DNA from: Candidatus Fokinia solitaria
GTDB taxonomy: Bacteria; Pseudomonadota; Alphaproteobacteria; Rickettsiales; Midichloriaceae
DNA: 32,000 nt
NCBI RefSeq assembly: GCF_003072485.1
Contig: NZ_CP025989.1
Coordinates: 750,001 to 782,000 of the forward strand
Reading direction: 5' to 3'
Under the pieces are notes generated by a model that had not been told where the DNA came from, searched no databases, and was given only the letters and a program-made list of their open reading frames with translations. Position 1 is the stretch's first letter. Every line of letters begins with the position of its first letter. Of this stretch, positions 28,736-32,000 are shown one piece after another. The position numbers were made by a program, and so were the translations under genes.

Positions 28736-30838
28736 ATGAGTACTTTCCTCAAAGAACTTAAAATAACAAATTATAAATGCTTCGCGAAAGAGATTTCAAT
28801 CGAGTTTAACGTGCCTAATAATAAAGAAAAAGGCTCCGGACTTACGGTACTTATTGGAAATAACGGCATAGGAAAAACTGCAATACTAGAGGCTATCGAA
28901 TACTTAACATTAAATTACTTCTCCTTGCAGAATAAATTAGATGTCAACGACTTTTCTGATTACAGCAAATCAATTGTGCTTAGAGCTTCTACGAACGAAG
29001 CGAAGGAATACTCAATTGGAATTAGCGCAAGAGACAAGGGCTCTAGAAAAGCATTTACGGCACCATTTATAGTACAGCTAATGTCAGATGAAAAAAAACA
29101 TATGACAAAGGAAGAACAGTTCAACCGAACGGATGAAACTTCGCAATCTGAACTACAAAAAAAAGTGGAAATTTTCTTCTTTAAGCATGATAGAGCGAAA
29201 GAAATATCAAGTACAGGATATAGAACGGCATTTCAGAAAATAACAGATGAACTAAATTGGCGCTTCTTAAGAAATATTAAGCAAAATGGCACTAATGCTG
29301 ACGAACGACATGACAGTACTGCCGACAATGAAGAGACACTTAAAGCTCTAGTAGAAGAATTAAAAGAAACTTTTTCTGGGCATGAAAGGCCTCTAAAAGA
29401 ATTCTTCGAAATATTGGAAAAACGCAAAGAGAATGCCTTTAAAGATGAAAAAGATGAAAAAGGTAAAAAAGGTGAAGAAGATAAAAAAGATGAGAGAGGA
29501 AGGCAATATCAAGCGTACTGTATAAACTTACTGATGATGATAGCATCTGCTGGCGATGATTCGCTACAAAAATGCGTCGCCACTCTCATAAAAAATGATG
29601 GAAGGCAGAGAAAGCTGGCGATAAAAGAAGATCCTGCCGATGATGATTCGCTACAGAAATGCGTCGCCACTCTCACAGGAGATGAGGCGGAAAAAAAGCT
29701 TAAGCTACTGCAGTATGCATTAAAATTTATGAATATTTCGCTATCAGAACGTTACTGCGAGTATGCAGATGAGCTAAAAACGCTACTTTCTGAAGGTAGT
29801 ACTGAAAAGAGCCACATTCAGTTACGCCGCGCATTCGATGAATTGCAGAAGTATTTTCCAAATAATGAAGAAGTCAAAAATATAAATATCTCACCGTTCA
29901 ATCTCTTACAGCCGTTTTCGAATGCATCTATCACATCACGCGCTGAGAAGTCACTATCACAAATAGATATATCAAGCTTAGGATCTGGTATTCAAATGAT
30001 GATTGCGTTGCTTATATTGCGAGAGATTGCAGAAATGTCGCAAAACAACACAGCAAAGAGTACGAAAGAAACAGCACAAACAGAAGAGACAGAACAAACG
30101 CCAGGTCTTATTTACTTAATTGACGAACCAGAACTACATTTACATCCATCAGCACAGAGAAAATTAATGGAATTACTCCTCGAAGAATCAAAGACGAAGC
30201 AGATAATCATCGCAACTCACTCTACAGAGCTAATACATCCGATATTCTGTAAGAAAGAAGAGCCAGAAAAACACCATAACGACACGCCACAAACTGAAGG
30301 TGAAAACAAAAGCGAAAGGCAAAATGCTCCTATAAAACCATACTTCCGCATCTTCAAAAGAGAGTCACAGGAGATAACAGTCACTGCTGATGCAGTAAAG
30401 CTTCTGCTTCCCTTTCCATCACGAGAAGAAATAATTTTCCGCGCATTTGACGTATTTACTACAGATTTTCACAATGAGCTTTACGGCACACTTTATAGTA
30501 AGTTGGAGAAACAATTTTATGACGAGCAGAAGAATAAGAGATTTATTGCAGAGGAATTTGACAAGAAAGTTGCCGAACTTAAAGAGAATCTTAAAGAAGG
30601 AGAGCATATACCATCACCCGCAGAGAAAGAATGGAAAAAGTACAATTCAAAGAAAGGTGAAGTAATAGCAGAAAAAGTAACGATACATACTTACATAAGA
30701 AATTCAATACATCATCCTGAAAATACACTTAATACCCTTTACACAGAAAAAGAATTAAAAGAGTCGATCGAAACACTAATAAAGTTATTAGGAGATTTTC
30801 TCAAGAGAGAATCAAAACACAGAAGATTGAGATATTAG
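28736..30838 (+). CDS. ABC/SMC-like (AAA_15/AAA_21-like) ATPase with a long helical insert and a C-terminal HEPN-like domain; function unknown
   Basis: The N-terminus is LKELKITNYKCF. The ATPase motifs are Walker A GNNGIGKT (aa 41-48), a signature-like LGSGIQ (415-420), Walker B LIYLIDEPE (458-466) and H-loop IIIATHS. About 365 aa of E/K-rich sequence lies between Walker A and the signature. The C-terminal tail contains YIRNSIHHPEN (R655..H660). Confidence 0.8.
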   Translation: MSTFLKELKITNYKCFAKEISIEFNVPNNKEKGSGLTVLIGNNGIGKTAILEAIEYLTLNYFSLQNKLDVNDFSDYSKSIVLRASTNEAKEYSIGISARDKGSRKAFTAPFIVQLMSDEKKHMTKEEQFNRTDETSQSELQKKVEIFFFKHDRAKEISSTGYRTAFQKITDELNWRFLRNIKQNGTNADERHDSTADNEETLKALVEELKETFSGHERPLKEFFEILEKRKENAFKDEKDEKGKKGEEDKKDERGRQYQAYCINLLMMIASAGDDSLQKCVATLIKNDGRQRKLAIKEDPADDDSLQKCVATLTGDEAEKKLKLLQYALKFMNISLSERYCEYADELKTLLSEGSTEKSHIQLRRAFDELQKYFPNNEEVKNINISPFNLLQPFSNASITSRAEKSLSQIDISSLGSGIQMMIALLILREIAEMSQNNTAKSTKETAQTEETEQTPGLIYLIDEPELHLHPSAQRKLMELLLEESKTKQIIIATHSTELIHPIFCKKEEPEKHHNDTPQTEGENKSERQNAPIKPYFRIFKRESQEITVTADAVKLLLPFPSREEIIFRAFDVFTTDFHNELYGTLYSKLEKQFYDEQKNKRFIAEEFDKKVAELKENLKEGEHIPSPAEKEWKKYNSKKGEVIAEKVTIHTYIRNSIHHPENTLNTLYTEKELKESIETLIKLLGDFLKRESKHRRLRY
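29555..29675 (+). repeat. In-frame direct repeat inside the ATPase gene: two 34-bp copies with 1 mismatch, 87-bp period
   Basis: gatgattcgctacaAaaatgcgtcgccactctca (29555-29588) and gatgattcgctacaGaaatgcgtcgccactctca (29642-29675). They encode DDSLQKCVATL twice, 29 aa apart. Confidence 0.9.
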
Positions 30839-30931
30839 ACTTTTTCAAGCGCTTACAAATGTACTTAAAATACACGACGTTCTGCGATAAATGGATCTGC
30901 TTTAATTTGCAAATCTCATTTTCGCAAAAAG

Positions 30932-32000
30932 TCACGCTTCTATCGTGCGAGATAGTCTACTAAGATACTCTCTTAAATACAGTCCAGTAACACTCTCTGG
31001 ATGCTTGCATATATCTTCCGGACGTCCTACACATAGCACTTTACCACCTTTAGGGCCTCCTCCAGGGCCAAAATCTATCACGTAATCAGCCTGTGCCACA
31101 ATACTCATATTATGTTCCACTACAACTACAGTATCGCCTCTATCAACTAATCTGTTAATCGTGGCAATCAACTTTGTAACGTCTTCTGGATGTAATCCTT
31201 TGCTTGGCTCATCCAACAAATATACTGTATGACTTCTAGAGAATTCTTCTCCTCCTTTCTCTAAGCTGAGAGTGGTGATATGTGCTCTTTTAGATAGTTC
31301 TCTAGACAGCTTAACGCGTTGCGCTTCACCACCGGAAAGTGTTGTTGCTGATTGCCCCATCTGCATATATCCTAATCCAACTTCTTGTAGTAAAGATATC
31401 TTTTCTCTTATTGCGGGCACATTTGCGAAAGCTTCCATCGCTTCATCAACAGAAAGTTCTAATATATCTGCTATAGAGTATCCATTCCACTTTATCTGCA
31501 ATGTATCTTGATTGTAGCGTTTTCCTCCACACGCATCACATTGTATATACACATCAGGCAAAAAATACATTTCTACCTTAATCACGCCATCACCTTCGCA
31601 TACCTCGCATCTTCCGCCTTTGATATTAAATGAAAATCTCGCTGCGGTATAACCATTACCGATAGAATCGGGAAGATTCGCGTATAATTCTCTAATTTGT
31701 GTAAACACGTTAATATATGTCGCAGGATTTGAACGTGGCGTTCTACCTATTGGCGACTGATCTATTCTTATTATTTTATCTACATTTTCTACTCCTGTGA
31801 TTTTCTTATATAAACTTGAGTTAGTAAGTACTCCGTTGATTTTATTACTTATTGCTCTATAAAAGAGTTCTACGAAAGTGGACTTACCACTTCCTGAAAC
31901 TCCAGTAATAGCCGTAAGCACTCCACACGGAATATCGATATCGACATCTTTGATGTTGTATGCTGTTGCGCCATAGATAGATAACATATCAGTATTGAGA
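30932..32000 (-). CDS. uvrA: Excinuclease ABC subunit A, C-terminal portion (gene continues beyond the window)
   Basis: GVSGSGKST, zinc finger CEVCEGDG...CDACGGKRY, LSGGEAQRVKL and LYLLDEPSKGLH. The frame stays open upstream of the internal Met at 31987 to the window end. Confidence 0.95.
   Translation of the reverse strand, partial: LNTDMLSIYGATAYNIKDVDIDIPCGVLTAITGVSGSGKSTFVELFYRAISNKINGVLTNSSLYKKITGVENVDKIIRIDQSPIGRTPRSNPATYINVFTQIRELYANLPDSIGNGYTAARFSFNIKGGRCEVCEGDGVIKVEMYFLPDVYIQCDACGGKRYNQDTLQIKWNGYSIADILELSVDEAMEAFANVPAIREKISLLQEVGLGYMQMGQSATTLSGGEAQRVKLSRELSKRAHITTLSLEKGGEEFSRSHTVYLLDEPSKGLHPEDVTKLIATINRLVDRGDTVVVVEHNMSIVAQADYVIDFGPGGGPKGGKVLCVGRPEDICKHPESVTGLYLREYLSRLSRTIEA

Noticed and set aside
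28736-30838. Reading the ATPase as an OLD/Gabija GajA/PARIS AriA-type nuclease-ATPase, or as RecF/RecN/SbcC.
   Set aside because: I could see no Toprim-like region (conserved Glu plus DxD) in the tail, and no separate Toprim or DUF4435 partner ORF nearby. RecF is about half this size and lacks such a tail. SbcC is much longer and is paired with sbcD. RecN has different conserved blocks. This cannot be fully excluded without profile searches.

Overview
The window is gene-dense: 28 CDS, and only about 1.65 kb of 32 kb is non-coding by my coordinate tally. It is AT-rich and has short blocks of genes alternating between strands. UGA is used as a stop codon, so this is the standard bacterial code. 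Almost everything is core housekeeping:
- Translation: the rpsL-rpsG-fusA str operon, gltX, pheT, mnmE, mnmG, an RluA-family pseudouridine synthase and rnc.
- DNA replication and repair: recR, dnaQ and uvrA.
- Proteolysis and secretion: clpP, an SspB-like adaptor, pepP, an M23 peptidase and yajC.
- Envelope: lnt.
- Cofactor and redox: pyridoxal kinase, a YumC-type ferredoxin-NADP reductase and cutA.
- Two divergent DAACS-family symporters and a family-3 O-methyltransferase.

The alpha-type SspB, the LRIDDxD-type GluRS, broken operons (fusA without tuf, pheT without pheS) and the tight packing suggest a reduced, probably obligate-intracellular alphaproteobacterium (Rickettsiales-like). That assignment is inference only. 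I found no rRNA, tRNA, CRISPR array, IS element or obvious prophage.

Three genes are not housekeeping:
1. A stand-alone 700-aa ABC/SMC-like ATPase (28736-30838). It has a long helical insert, an internal 87-bp-period in-frame duplication, and a C-terminal HEPN-like R-x4-H module. This is a PrrC/RloC-like architecture and my best candidate for an undescribed conflict or defence system.
2. An orphan protein (5097-6458) that is membrane-anchored and Glu/Lys-rich, sitting where tuf would normally follow fusA.
3. A DUF2335-like two-TM protein (9641-10132) fused onto the head of the str operon.

Several essential genes carry in-frame insertions or duplications, notably about 57 aa inside the GluRS catalytic core. 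All family assignments come from reading motifs in the supplied translations. No database search was possible.
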